Below, one piece after another: positions 28,936 to 43,435 of a DNA stretch of 64,000 nt. Source of the stretch: Adineta vaga. Taxonomy: Eukaryota > Animalia > Rotifera. The position numbers and the translations under genes were made by a program. The stretch covers positions 13,950,001-14,014,000 of the forward strand of contig CP075494.1 in the NCBI GenBank assembly GCA_021613535.1, given 5' to 3'. The stretch's first letter is position 1; the number at the start of each line of letters is the position of its first letter. The notes beneath the pieces are model-generated. The model was given only the letters and a program-made list of their open reading frames with translations, did no database searches and was not told the DNA's origin.

Positions 28936-29279
28936 TTTTAGAAATCGTCTTTTTCATAGTAGAAGAGACTGTCTAAGATCTCTAAATATATTCTTATAAG
29001 TACCTAGGCGTCTGATTTCCTTTGACGGTAACGGATTTTGTCAAGTCATGGTAGATTTTGATCTTTAACCTTAGAGCTTCCATCCAATAACACAGAGATG
29101 AGGACTCAAGGATATACCCCTAGTATAAGACTTGAAGACCCAAGGGTATCCCCCAATAATAGGACTTGAGGATACTCATCGGTTCCTTCGAGAGAACTGA
29201 TCGAACAGTTCAGCTCATTCGAACTGAACTGTTGGAAAGTGAGCGGTTCTTAACTTGAACTGAACTATGTAAACCCCTA

Positions 29280-31382
29280 CTTTTGACTGTCAAGGAAATC
29301 TTTTTCTTTTCATCGACGATTTCTTTCAAATAGTTTTCTAAATCAATGCGTTGATGTAATATGATCCTATAGAAAAAGAAAATGATTATTATCTTGTTGT
29401 CATTCTTTCGTGCGAGGATTTTTATCACGCATTGTAAATATAGAAGAACAGGAGATATGATTGAGCCAACTGCTGATCAATTCTTGAATTACTTGGCCTG
29501 TCTCTAATCAAATTGAAGAAATACAATAAAAAGAAAAAGTGAAATTCTTTCTTTCTTTCTGTTGAGTAGATATTTCATTAACATGTGTTGATACCTATTG
29601 TGTTAATCAATAAACTGTGATAGCTTGTCATTTGTTTAATCAATGGAACGGTCAACTTCCGTCGTTTTAATTATAAGAAGAAGATAGTGACTGTCGCGAC
29701 ATCGCGGAAGCCCTAACAGGCAAAGAAGAAGAAAAAATATCTAATGTCCATGAACATTGTTCACACTCTTTTTTTTTATAATTTGAATTTGTTGAAGGGA
29801 GAAATGAAATTAGTATGTGCGTATGTTTGGAGAAGCGAGAAGCGTCCTTGTCGCTTGTCTAGTCAAACTCGTGCTGGGATAAGACATGCTACAGAACAAT
29901 ACAGGCATTGATGCTATGGTCACACTATCTTCTTTTTCTTGGCACTATTAATGAACCTAGCATGATTATATCTCGATGAATTGAGTAGTGCTTCTTCGGG
30001 TTTTTTTTGTCTTATATTATATATTTTTAATAACATCTTGCAAATACCAAGGTCAAAAACGATCGATAAACTTGTATTTACTATTAAAATGAGATAGAAT
30101 ATAATGTTGACTTATTAAATCTTGAATATGAATACGATAGTTTCTAACGTGATCGTCAATAATTGATGTGATAAACCAAATAAGTTTTGATTGAAAATAT
30201 GGAGATAAGATGTGCATTTAATTCAACATGTGGAGAAGAGATATAGAAATCTTAGATGTGACTTTTCGTCGACGTCGATGAAAATATATAATCGAAAATT
30301 TACATTATGAATAGTGAACAAATGTTGCTTTTAACAATGCTCATTCATAGCAGAGTTTCAGGAATATAGTACAAGCATATACTGATTATTATGGGAAACT
30401 ATAGATGGCAGGACATAGAACGTTGTAAATATTCAAGATATATTCTTATAGGATAGTTTTGCTATTTGATAAAAATAATAATAAGTGACTTAAATATATT
30501 ATCTTTAATACACAAATTCTATAAAATTTTGAACAAAATCTATTAGTTATTTTTACTCCGGTACTTAATTTCAAAGGTCAAAGATAATATTCATAAAAAT
30601 GCATGGTTATATTTTATCTGACACATGTACTAGATGATGAAATGCTATGAAGTGATTATTATTCATTGAGAATAAAGTACAAGGCCATTCTAGTACATAA
30701 AAGCTAACTGACAGATGCTACCTTTACGCATAAAAATGGTACGAGACCAACGAAAAGTGTTTAGTTATTTTATATCAATTCATTGCAATTTGTTTTGATC
30801 AGGTAACATAATTTTCTTTTATCGATCATATGATTCGAATGCACTTTGAAGAGTCCTGAATCGCTGAATTATACGTTTGAAAACATAATAAAACATGTAT
30901 TTTGAAGAGTAGAGTATGATTGAGAAAATTTGCATCGTTATTTCATATTCTTATCATGGAATTCGAAACGAACATGCTTTTTATTGATTATTAACTGCAT
31001 ATAGTTTTTCAATATACTTGCTCACATCTTAGGTAACATTCACTCGAGGGATGCACAGAAAATACGTAATTTTTTCTTGCCAGCTGTGTTGTTCTCAAAC
31101 AGAAACATAAAATAGAAAGTAAAACAACTGATTTTTAACTTTTTTTCCTTTCCTTAGATTCGTAAGTCTATGATTGAAAGATAAAGAAAACTATTTTCCA
31201 TCTCATACGATCAACGTAAGACAAGATAGTCTAATAAAGATTGTTTTTATCCCGTTCTGTGCTGTGTGACTTGACGTTCTGGCACTAGGAGAACATTTTT
31301 TTCTTCTATTCCAAAGAGAACACCATAGACGATATGAAGGACATTATTTTGTTTTTTTTCTTCTATCTAGGTTTTATATATA
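29280..31382 (+). repeat. Direct segmental duplication, copy B (upstream region of the EamA gene)
   Basis: Near-identical to 16466-18668 and runs directly into the EamA gene 5' region. Confidence 0.97.
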
Positions 31383-31422
31383 CTCCTGTCATTTTGAGTC
31401 ATATTCATTTATTAATTCAACT

Positions 31423-32590
31423 ATGGTAAATTGAACTTTGCTGCTGTATTTGCTAAATAATAATTCGAAAATTCTAGGTAGAAGAACAACAAGTTCCATT
31501 ACAAACAGTATCAGGTGATGTCGTTGAGAAATCTTCATCATCTATTCTGAAAACTATATGGAAACGATTACATGAACATTCAGGTATTTGGTATATGTTA
31601 ACAGGAAATATATTGTTTGCATGTTGTACATTCTCATTAAAACTTATTCCTGCTGATATGTTTGATATCATGATTGTTCGTTTTGCAGTTCAATCAATTG
31701 TATTTGGTGCATATGCAGCCTTCTATAAACATTATAAAGTTTTCGATACTAATGGTCAACCAATCGCAAGTGCATTGAATATATTAATGTCAAGTGGAAC
31801 GAATTTAACTTATTTAGCAGCATTCTATTTTCTTCCATTATCGGATTTGAATACAATTAAATATACATATATTGTTTGGTCGGCCATTTTAGCTGTTATA
31901 TTTCTTAAAGATCGTTTTAAAATTGTGAATGGAATTTCTCTAACATTGACTATTGCAGGATTAGTACTTGCGACGAAACCTCATTTTTTTATAAAAACTT
32001 TAAGTCATATATTTGATCAACCAACAGGAAATACATCGTTAACAACAATTGCAACAACGACAATCATGAATTCAGCAGCAAAGACTTCTCCATATTACTA
32101 TCTTGGTGTTATTCTAGCTTTTATGTCATCATTTACTAAAGCAGTACAAATGATTGCACGAAAACAATTAGTTAAAACTAAACAACCATATTCCGTGATG
32201 AATTTTCAATTTACAGCTTTTGCATTAATTATTTCATTGTTATACAGTCTTATTCGACGATTTTGGATACCAGAATCATATCCTTGGAAATGGATGTGTA
32301 CAGCTGGTGTTGCCATTGGTTGTGTACAATTAGTTACGAATACATTTTATGCTAAAGCATTAAAACGAGAAAATGTTCAATTAATTTCAATTATAGGTGC
32401 AGTGGATATTCTTTATGGTTGTGTATTACAATATATCTTCTTTCGTTTGACTAAATCTTGGATGTTTTATGTTGGTGCATCATTAATTGTTCTATCGGCT
32501 ATTATACTTTCAATTCATAGTCATTTATCAAATAAAAAAGCAAGAAAAGAAGTTATAATCAATGATGAAAATCTAAAGACGAATGTTTAA
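31423..32590 (+). CDS. EamA/DMT superfamily transporter (SLC35G-like)
   Basis: ATG|GT intron, then VEEQQVPL... and about 10 TM helices. Motifs RFAVQ, AFYFLPLSDLNTIKYTYIVWSAILAVIFLKD and GASLI. Confidence 0.88.
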
Positions 32591-32794
32591 AATTTTTCAT
32601 TTGTAGTATTGTTTTTTTTTGTTTATTTCACAAAATAAAGTATGATTCACTCTAATTAATTTTATAATAAAGAGAAATTCTTCTCTCTCTATATCTATAT
32701 ATTTATTTATTTAACAATGAAACTACGCATATTATTTTTGATATATCTATCCCACATAAAAACAAATGACTAGAATATTATTCATGTCAAATAT

Positions 32795-34934
32795 CTATAA
32801 CAAATTACTTATGGTATAATTTCTTCGTTTTAAAATAATTGGTGATGTATTATTTGGTATTGGACGTTGTGGCCATGATGTTTGACTTTTCAATGTACGT
32901 TCAAGAAAATTTACACGTGATTGAACTTCTTTAAATTTTTTCATCAAATATGTTTGTAACCATTCAGGACCAATATCAGCTGTAAAAAATTTCAAACAAA
33001 TATGTTGAAATGAACCGATAAAATAGATCATTTGATCTTCTAAATAATATAATCGTTGTAAACATTCTTGACTACGTTTATAATGTATATAATTTTGTCG
33101 AAGATGTAAATCTGTTATATATAAACGGACAAATGACATTGTTTCATCGTATTGATGAAGTATAGCATCATATTGATACATCATTTCATACATTTCATGT
33201 CCTACGAGAATATCAAACAAAATAATTATTATCAATTGTAAAATTAATATCTACCTGGAAATGCACATGAAATATAAATACTATCCATCGATTTTTCCCA
33301 TAATGGTATTCGATCACAGCCTAATATTGATCTTCCAATCGTTACATTTTGTATACTATTAATACGACCATGAACAATGGTTTGTAATGCATATGCAAGT
33401 GAAGGAATAGATGATGGAATAAATTCACATAATGATAACATATGATCATATCGAGACCAACCAGTTACTGCAATACCAGTAAAATTAACTCGATGTCGAA
33501 ATGATGCAGTATACATTGTTTCAAGCCAAGTTTGTTGATTTCGTTGATGATGACCAATATAACTCATTGTAGTTATTTCACCAGAAGAACCTTTAAATGA
33601 ACTAGCAACCCAAACTTCATGAAACATGGAGAATCTAAAAAAGATAGATTTCATTCAATTTCATCTACAAAAAAGAATCAATGTATACCTCATCCAAAAA
33701 CCATCATCAAACCATGGATTTACATCATCAACATATGCCCATACCATAGGTATAACAAGTTCAATTAATTCTGTAATCTATTAAATAATATAAATCAAAA
33801 TATTATTATTATTATCATTATTCCTAATGTTACAGAATATAATATTACTTACATTATTAGAACCTGAATTAACTAATTGTGAAACCATATCGTGCCATAT
33901 AAATAATTTCATATCTGGACGTTTTGATTTAATATATTTAGCAACACGAGTAACATGTCTTTAAAATAAACAGGTGATATTTTTAACGTAATATTTCGCA
34001 AAAAAAGATAATACCTGATAAAAAGATCAGCTTCATCACGAAAATTCAAATTAGCACATTGAGGATGAACGAGACGATAATAAACTTCATCACAACCCAT
34101 ATGAAGATAAGAAATCGATGGATGAAGTGATAACATTTGATCAATCATTTCTACAAATACATTACAAAATTCTACATAACTCATCTGTTTCCTATGTTCT
34201 CTTAACATACCAAATATTAATTTATAACTTTCTTCTAAACATGGTGTAATGACTTGTGGATATCGTCGATCTTCTCTTAAATGCATGAATTCTTTTAATT
34301 TCAATACGTATTCTAAATGACCATAGACTTGAAGTAAAGGCATTACTTTTAAATCATTATTTTTGGCTAAATTTAAAATTTGTTCAACATCATTTTTAGA
34401 ATATGCAAGACCATGTTTTATAATGGATAATTGTCCAGTAAATGGAAACATATCTTCATATTCAATTACCAAGCCCGTAGCACCAAGTTGTTTTAGAAAA
34501 GGAAATAGATTAACATAATAATCAAGTTTTGGTGCAGCACCTTTCAAATCAAGATGAACAAAACGTTCAAGATTTTTTGTTTCAATAACTGGATTTGGTT
34601 TTTGTTGCATGAAGGGATATTGTTGAAATGGTCGTTGATTATTATACATATTTACAAATGGAATTGGCATAGGCATTTGATTGATATTATTTCCATATTG
34701 TTGCTGTTGTGGTTGTACATTAACATGAACCATATTTGATTGATCTAGACTTGTCAAACGTTTCGATCGACTATACTGTACATTTCCGGCATTGTCTAAC
34801 GATTGTGTATGATGTCCTGAATATTCCGAAAAAACGATATCACGATTTTGATGAATGACAAAGAAACTAAACAATGCTATTGGTAAACATATACCAAGAA
34901 TAAGATTACGACGTAAACTACGACGACTAAACAT
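32795..34934 (-). CDS. HEXDC: Hexosaminidase D-like GH20 glycosidase, type II membrane protein
   Basis: VHLDLKGAAPK, IEYEDMFP, GHLEYVLK, catalytic HMGCDEV and TGWSRYDH, with an N-terminal signal-anchor. Confidence 0.9.
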
Positions 34935-36314
34935 TGATTATGTCATTCAAATAAGATCATATATAGATTTGGTGAACTAGAAAAAAAACGAAGAAAATCT
35001 TTCGATATTATTCTGCACTACTATTAATAATAATGTCAATCGTAAAGAAACAAGAAACGGATGATTTGTTAAAAAATGTCCTCGAAGCTTTCTTTCTCAT
35101 AACATAACGTCAACGGCGTTTGTTTGATCGCATAGAACGAAGAATTATGGGACGGTACCTTTTTCTTTCTTTCTCTTCTGTTCTTGTTCTGTTCTCGATA
35201 CGATATGAAAGTTGTTTTATGGACGTTTGTCGTAAGACAAAAGTAAATAGATACATACTCTATTTCTAGCCTACACTAGAAGTAATCTCTTCGTTTTTTT
35301 CTCTCTCTCATCTTGTATAGCAACAATCTTCTTTTTATGACATAATCATCAACATCTTAGCTGTTGAGTTTGTTTTTGTGTTGAAGGTTTAACCAATAAC
35401 AGCTGATTTGATTTGAATGCTTTTAGAATGTATAGAAAAATAATCTTATCAATCTCGAAAAAATCTATTCTTCACTATCGTTAATGCACTTCCTTTAAAA
35501 AGGATAGCATGTAAGCTTGAAAAGATTTCTCATGATCGAACAAAGAGAAAGGAAAAATAGGATAGATTAGATTAATATCGACAACGATTTGAAAACTCAG
35601 TACAACATTACCTTATTTATTGAAGACAAACTAATTTTATTGTAGACAGAGAAAAAAATGCTTGTCTTTGCTTTCTTTCGAGAAGAATAAAGAAGAAAAG
35701 AACAGATAAGTATCAACTCATGTAATCTTAACTACGATTACATGAAAGAAAACGATATACATCAATTTAAAAGATCTACCCTCGATTATGTATAAAAATA
35801 AACTTCTCAAAAGAATTACGATCACTCTACTATTGACAACAACAAAAAATGAACACGTCTCATATAAACTTCTAGAATTACATACATCTTATAATGAAAT
35901 TTTATTCAACAATCATAAATCCATTCAGATTAATATGAAATTATTTATCGATTTGAATGAAAGATTAGTTTGAAAATCGTGACGTGATGATCTATGAAAT
36001 AACAAAATGATTGCAAAAGATGAACATCTTAATCAATATTGAATTATCTTCGTAATTCACTTATTGATACTCCCAAGACATTCAATGTTATTTATTCATT
36101 TTCATCTTCAAATGCTTATTTTTTAGACAGTAATTGACACTGTTGACGTAAGATAATATGAAAGTAGATATTTCATACTGATTTATATCACGCTGTTCTG
36201 TTATTGTCTTTAGATCTATTTCTTTAATGAAGGTTATATCGTTTAGCCTTTTTGTTTTTAATGTTTTACTTTAAAAAATAGAAGAGCCATTACAATGACA
36301 GAAACTATTTAAAA

Positions 36315-37552
36315 TCACGAAATTGGAACTAATTGTTGATCTACATGTGTTGTCGATGGTGCAACATTTTCTGTCGTAGATGATGTTAATAATGTTCGGA
36401 TTTGATTGATAAGATTGTATTCCTCCTAAAAGTAAATTATATTGGCTAAGATCGTTCGAAATATAAAAAACCTACTTCATATTCTTCGGAACTTTGAATC
36501 ACTTGACGTCGTTCATCAAGTTTCTGTTGAAATTGTTCAGCTAATGTTGAATCACGTTCAGCAAGAGCAGATAGAGCATTTGGTTTTGCACTGGATAACG
36601 TGAGAATTGTTTCTAAAACATGTTGTTGATCTGGACATGCTTCATTATTAAATAAACGTATTAATTCTTCTAATCCACCATTCTCAAAAAATATTTCTAG
36701 AGGAGAAAAAAGAAAGTCATTTCAAAAGATTAAATAATTCTTTAAACAATTACTTTTCATTTGTGCACTTGATGAACAAATTGTATTGATTAGAAAACAT
36801 AATTTATTTTGTAAACGTGGAATTGGTGATGATAATGCTTTGATTAATACTTTTGCTCCTTGAAATTTCTGTAATTGAAGTTGACCAAGTGTATATCCAC
36901 GAATTAATGCTAAATATTAAAGAAAGTATGAAAAAAAAACATCCGTTGTTTAAACAGATTTTATTTACCTGATATTGCTGTGACAGCTTTCGTTTTTAAA
37001 TCAGCATTATTAGATTCATCAACAATTTTCAATAATTTCTGTTGTAAACCAGATTGAACAATAATTCGTTGACAATGATCATTATTTTGAACTAGAGTAG
37101 CTAATAATGAACATGTTTGAGTACGAATTTCATCATTTGAATGATCTAATAATTGTGTAAGAATATCCAAACCACCAACAGTAAAAAAATCTTTTGCTAA
37201 ATCAAGTTCTTCTGACCAATGGCAAAGTTCATCAAGAAATTCTTTCTTTTGATCGTCAGCTACTTGAGAATCTTTTATTTTACTAATACATAATTTCAAT
37301 CGTTCAACTGGATTCACCGTCATGTTATCCAATGCATTATGTAACCATATTTTTTTCTAAAAATATCAAATAAAAGAGATTATTTTCATGTTCAAAGTAA
37401 ATCAATTTATCTACCTCTTCAGTCATAGGTTGAACATCACTTGTTGTTGTTGTTGCTGCTGCTGCTGTAGATATTGCTGCTTCAGCAGCGGTATTCTTTA
37501 CCGTCCATTGGAAAAGAGTATTGAGAAAACCTTGTTTAGAATTATCAGCCAT
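36315..37552 (-). CDS. HSPBP1: Hsp70 nucleotide-exchange factor HSPBP1/Fes1
   Basis: LFQWTV, EELDLAKDFFTVGG, LVQNNDHCQ and KAVTAISALIR armadillo-type Fes1 motifs. No signal peptide, so not SIL1. Confidence 0.88.
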
Positions 37553-37615
37553 GTGAAATTTTATTAATCAAAAAAAAACAAAAACAAAGACAGGTTTTTA
37601 TTCAAATTGTCAATC

Positions 37616-37660
37616 TCTCTGGAAAAATCTTCGACTTTCTAGAAGAATCAAGAAGATTTC
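37616..37660. promoter_or_regulatory. Heat-shock element upstream of HSPBP1
   Basis: Alternating nGAAn/nTTCn-like units in 5-bp register, including core TTCtaGAA, 65-110 bp upstream of the ATG. Confidence 0.55.
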
Positions 37661-38077
37661 GTCTATGACACATATACCTTGCTTGGAAACATTACACAAG
37701 ATTTATTCGAATTCGAAGTATGCAATGTAACGTAATGTGTACATGAAGGAAGGAATGCAATAGAATAGGCAAAATATCTAACCAATTCAAAATCCTTTGC
37801 TCAACAGATGGCGTTAAACATAAGTTAAGATCAATTTATATTGAGAAATTGAAGAATTTAAGCTTGCATGAAGGAAAACAATATATTTCATGAAAATATT
37901 TTATCACTATATATGTAAGTATATCTATTCATTAATATGTCGATTTATGCGATAGATACGCATAAAAGAAGAAAAAGAAAAATTAAGAACTCAACGAACA
38001 TCGGTAATCATAATGACTTCATGTACTAAAAAATACGAAACACCGTATGAACGTTAGATAAATCACAGTAAAAAAGT

Positions 38078-40001
38078 TCAAATGTGTGAATTGCGAGTTA
38101 ATGTTGTTGTTGTTGTATTCGAAAGAATCGATGGAAATGAATGAGTTGATGAGAATGAAGTAGAATTTAGTGGTGATCGATTTTCTTTTTGCAATTCATT
38201 TAAATGAGATGTGCCACTGATCAATGTTGAATTAAATCGTGATGATGATGATGATGATGATTGACTGAATTGATTATTCGTACTATTAGATGTTGTATTT
38301 GAGTATGGTGATGATGATACACGATTTTCATCTTCAACCATCTCGCATAAATTTACATTAGCTAATGTTGAACATAGTTTCTGAAGACCTAAATATCAAT
38401 AAATAATCTGAGATATGAATCAATTGATTCAGAAATCTTTACCTGTAAGTAGAGGAACCAATTGTTGAAACATACGTTGTCCAATAGCAAAACCAAACCG
38501 ATCATGTAAAAATCGACTGGTAATATCCATATAATTTTGATGAATTTTACTAAATTTTGTTATTTGTTCATCACTTGAATTCGTTTGAAATTTACTTGAA
38601 AATAGAAGAACTACCATAAGTAAAAGAAATAACGTATGATAATTTTCATCTGTACGTTTATCGTTAATTGATTGACAAATAGTAGATATTAAAGCACGAG
38701 CTAATATGAGAAAATCAGTATAAATTTTAGAACCATAAACATAAAATAAATATTTTGCATCATAAGGTTGATCAGCTATAGAATAAAACAAAACAAAAAG
38801 AAATGAATTTTACTTTCAATGGATAAACATGTTTTAAAACGATTACCTGTTGTATGATCAACAAATGTATCGTTTTCATTGTTATAAGTTAATGCACCAT
38901 GAAACATAAAAACTGGTAACATATTTTGAATTAAAATTGCCGTTTTTTCCTGTTGAGTTAATAGTTGAAATTCTGGTATAAGATTGAAAAAATTTAATAA
39001 ACGTAATGTTGTCATTTGTGTTAATTCTCGTGTTATATCTTTGATTAATGTTATTTTAACATCAAAATCTTCCATTTGAGAAATAATTGTGTTACGATGA
39101 AGAAATTTATTTGGTTGAGGATATTGTTGACAAATCGACTGATAACCATAGGATAATTGTCCGAGAAAACATTGTTGACGATCATAAAGTTTTTGATCGG
39201 GTGGAGAATGCATACTTAATAATGCAAATGGTATTGTTGAAGATTTCTATGAATAAAAAGAAAAGGAAGAATCACGATTACAAGTGATAGATAGATCTAT
39301 ACTAACAACAACTATATTGGAATTTGTTTGATTGAAATCATTTGTTGTTTGTTGTTGTGTAATCCTTTGTGCTTTTTGTTTTAATAAACGATTTCGTACG
39401 ACTTTTTCACGTTTTATAATTTTTTCTTCATCGGATAAAATCCAATCTTTACGCATTTCTAAAAAGAAATAATAACAAATCTCATGAGATGAAATTCCCG
39501 TTCTACATTTGACAAATATACTTACTGACTTGAAAACATTTCAATAATCGACAACGTTTACATCTTTTACGTGTTGCAACAGTAATGACACATTTTTCAT
39601 TATTTCGACAACGGAATTTCTCCTAAAAAAAATATCCTTTTCTTTTCGACAAATCAATTTCAATTCTTTTTCGATTATATACCATAGATTTCAAAGCATT
39701 TCGACGAAAGAATGCTTTACATGATTCACACGTAACTAAATTGAGCCACTTCAAAATAGACTTTCTTTAGAATAAATTATTCGTTCTTACTTTGATCAAA
39801 GTTATAACCATGTGCTTCTGCTCCACATACAAAACAGGGTGGAATATCTTTGGTACGTTTTGTTCCATTCGTCGTACTACTACTCGTACTACCTGAGCTC
39901 AAACGTGTTACATGAGTTCGTGAATATTGTTTATATTCAACATTATCATCATCATCATCATCATCAAGACTTGTCGATCGCTCATCAATTACATTGTTCA
40001 T
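38078..40001 (-). CDS. Nuclear receptor, NR1J (HR96/DAF-12/NHR-8)-like
   Basis: CFVCGAEAHGYNFDQVTCESCKAFFRRNA (P-box ESCKA), second zinc finger CKRCRLLKCF, MRKDWILS, and LBD signature FFNLIPEFQLLTQQEK. Confidence 0.88.
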
Positions 40002-42074
40002 TATAGATCAATATCTATCTGAAAGAAAATAGAAAAGCACATTGAATAAAGACCTTCAAGTGTGTATTTCGATAGCCCTGTTAGATATATTTTCAAATGG
40101 CGCACAATTATGTCTTTACCTTCGAAGAACGAAAATACAGGCTGATGATTTTGTTTTAAGTACATTGATTGAAAAAAAAGTCACACATAGATGGTAAATA
40201 AATAGAATTGGTAATAAGAGTATTTTATTCACTTCAGAGTCTTTATGATAAAGAATATATTTATAAAAAACTATAGAAATCATATTGTATATTCATTATT
40301 ATTGACTATTAATAAACATTCTATATCATGCTTCTCTGAATTCTATCAATTTCACCAATGATTTGTCAATGAAAGAAATTTATTCGCATATATATATATA
40401 TATATATAATCAAAATGACGTCAAATAAAAGAAGTCAAACATGTCAGTAAATATGGGCACGAGTGTGTATTTACTCGGATAAAAACGCAATGAGAAGGAA
40501 GAGAAAAGTTCTTAGTTTTATAATAAGCCTATTTTTATAAAAGAGGCAATGTACTTTCTCAAATGCAAATATTCAATGGCGCAATAAGATTTTTCTATTC
40601 TTTTATACTGAAAAATATCCTTGTTTGGAGAAAGTCTGCATGTATATACATAATATCGTACAATATTCAGGGCAAATATTGAATAGAGTACTTAAGCGTA
40701 CTAGTTATCTAAATAATCAGTTTCAAAGAGATTATAAATAACAAAAGATGTACTTTTATCTAAGTCATAGATAAACGAAGTATTTTTAAAAAATTTTTAT
40801 TTATAGAACAAAGTCAACATATTCTTATGTCGGTGCTTATCACATGAGTCAAAAACTATAGTTTTTCTCGATTACTTTTCGGGCTTATAAACTTCTTAAC
40901 TTATAATTAATATAAAAAAAACTTTGTACTCACATTATTGTCCTCATTTGTATTGCGCAGTACATAACTTTGTTTTCTTTCTCGATTTATCTCATAATAA
41001 AACACGGAAAGAACACATATGAAAAGTATTAGATAGATATTCTAATGTTCGATTTAAGAGGTCAAAAAAAAACAATACCTTAATTTGTAAAATTTATTAG
41101 ACCAAAAAATGTTAAGATAAATTTTATCTTAGAGGAAGCATCATTTGCTTTTGTATACTAATTAGTTCTTCAATGAAATAATTTGATTCACGAATGAGTA
41201 TTTTGACGAATTATATTGTTACAAAATAATTTTATGTTTTACCTTGAATAACGCGTGATAAATTATGTAATTTTATATCATTGTTGATTAAACGTGAGAA
41301 GTTTTATATATCTAAAAATAGAATAAAAACAAATTCAGGTCTTGATAAATGTAATATAATCATAGACAATAAAAAATACGTTTTTTATGATTCTGTTGTA
41401 CCCAATAATACGCTATAAGTGCATTATATATATATACATATATATACATATATGTCTAAGTGACCCCTTTTCGTTCGGTTCTTTTCAAATATGTGTCTAT
41501 GTCTTTTATGCGAATGAACGTTATGTCCGTTCTGCTTATGAAAGATGAACTAGTTATAGAATGAAGAAGAAAATTGTCCTTATTTGTGTTATATAAAATA
41601 TTGCGCAGTTCACATGCATTACAAAACATCTGAATATAATGAAAGCACATTAGATCATTTCAACTATAAAGTCGTTGTTAATTTACCTTGATGAACTGTT
41701 AGATAACACATGAACGTTCTTAAGTTCTCCAATTCGAATTTATAAAATGCATTTCACTACCTACACTATTAGTTTCGATTATTATTAAATTGAGAAAATG
41801 AATAAAACTGATTTTGCTCACTTTTCAGACGTCTATTTGAATTGTCTTGCATATGAATAATTATTTTGCGTCAAATATTTATTGACATGACTAGTGTACC
41901 TACCTACGCAGTTTTATTCGATAAAAAAAGTACACCAATGAAAATGATCACTTAGCGTCATCTAAACATCAATGCTAAAGGTATGTGCTTAGCAACAGAA
42001 TATGCGAATGGTTTGATTAAGTATTTATTTTTTCTTACGATAAGAATTGGTTTCTTCGTAAGCAAAGAAAGAAA

Positions 42075-43323
42075 ATGTCATTCGAATATACTAAAAAACA
42101 AATCGAAGGACTTCGAAAAATTCAAAAACTATGGCGTCGTTATGTGGTACAGTAATATCTAAATCAATTTTATTCATTTTTCGTTTGTCTTTAAGGATAT
42201 TCAAGTCTTTCGTTTTTATCGTGACTTAATTCATTTTCATAATAATGGTGATCCACAAATTCTCATGCGAACAATTAATCCAACAGAATCGAAATATATC
42301 GATCCAGCAGCGGGCATTCGTATACGTTTTCGTCTAGCTGGTGATCGTTTTCCGCCGACAATTTATTATAAAATTTATACAAATCGTCCCATACAAGATC
42401 TCGGTGCCAATGCTCCGCGAGATTATACTCGACCATATTTAAAACTTCCCTGTGCAGTTGATTCAAATAATAAATTAAATCGTTTTCCAAAACAAGGTTT
42501 GTTCTTTTTTTTCTCTTCGCTGAAAATTGAGTTTGACTTTTCATTACTTTCTATTCAGATCAAGAAGGATGGTATCGTCGAATAGAAAATAATGGTTGGC
42601 GACCTGTTGCATATACACATTTATTACAAGCAAATATGGATCAATATTATAGTTCGAGTGAATATCAAAAAACAATTTCATTTCCACCTTCCAAAGTATA
42701 AAGAAATGTCTTGTATTTCTTATAACAAATACTATTTCTATTCTGTTAGTAGATGCAACGACGACAAGATGTTGAACGAAAACGAAAAGAAAAGAAACTA
42801 CAATGGTTACAGAAAATGTATAAAACTGGAATGATTGACGAAGATAACGATCAAACAGATAATGAAATGTCACGACTTATTAATGATACAACAAATAGTA
42901 TATTAAAAATATATCATACATATGGTCCCGATGCTGTACAAGATTGGGAAGTAAATGAATTACTTGAATGGACACATAATCTTAATTATGATGAATATTT
43001 AACTGATTGGAGAACTATTGGAACAAGTGCTCCATCGAATATCTTTTATGGTATGTCATTGAATTACTATTTTGATAGTGAGACATATTTTGTTTTTAAT
43101 TGAATTAGATCATTTGAAATCATCTCATCGAAATCGTGATATCGATGATCGAACTAATTCATCATTAACAGAATCACGACATGTTTCTGTTCAAGTTAAT
43201 GTTCCAACTGTTCATTCTGTACGTGTCTTCCCAACTGAGGATAGTGAAGCAAGTTTAGAACGTACAACAACAACAGCATATTCTCAACCAATTAGTGAGC
43301 ATGAAGATATTCATTTGAAATAG
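42075..43323 (+). CDS. C11orf65: C11orf65/MFI-like IQ-motif protein
   Basis: IQKLWRRY, RFRLAGDRFPPTIYYKIYT, GWYRRIENNGWRP and ELLEWTHNLNYDEY. Confidence 0.82.
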
Positions 43324-43435
43324 ATAAAAACATTCTTGTAGATATATTTGTATTGATATAAACAAAAAAGAAATGATGATGATGAAAAAAAAACCAAACA
43401 TCTAACAATCTTGTCATTTATTTTGTTTTGTTTTA

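Larger units (their letters stand above)
28129..29279. mobile_element. Long-inverted-repeat non-autonomous element (hAT-like) with nested insertions
   Basis: 81-bp inverted repeat 28129-28209 / 29158-29238, gaactgaact sub-terminal repeats, right terminus reads TAGGGG on the - strand. Left end may extend to ~28047. Confidence 0.75.

Noticed and set aside
29095-29180. Short spaced repeats resembling a CRISPR array
   Set aside because: Degenerate sub-terminal repeats of a eukaryotic transposon, without constant repeat/spacer lengths or cas genes.
41981-41996. RFX X-box-like words upstream of putative ciliary genes (also near 2580 and 6507)
   Set aside because: Only half-sites match, which is too weak in AT-rich DNA.
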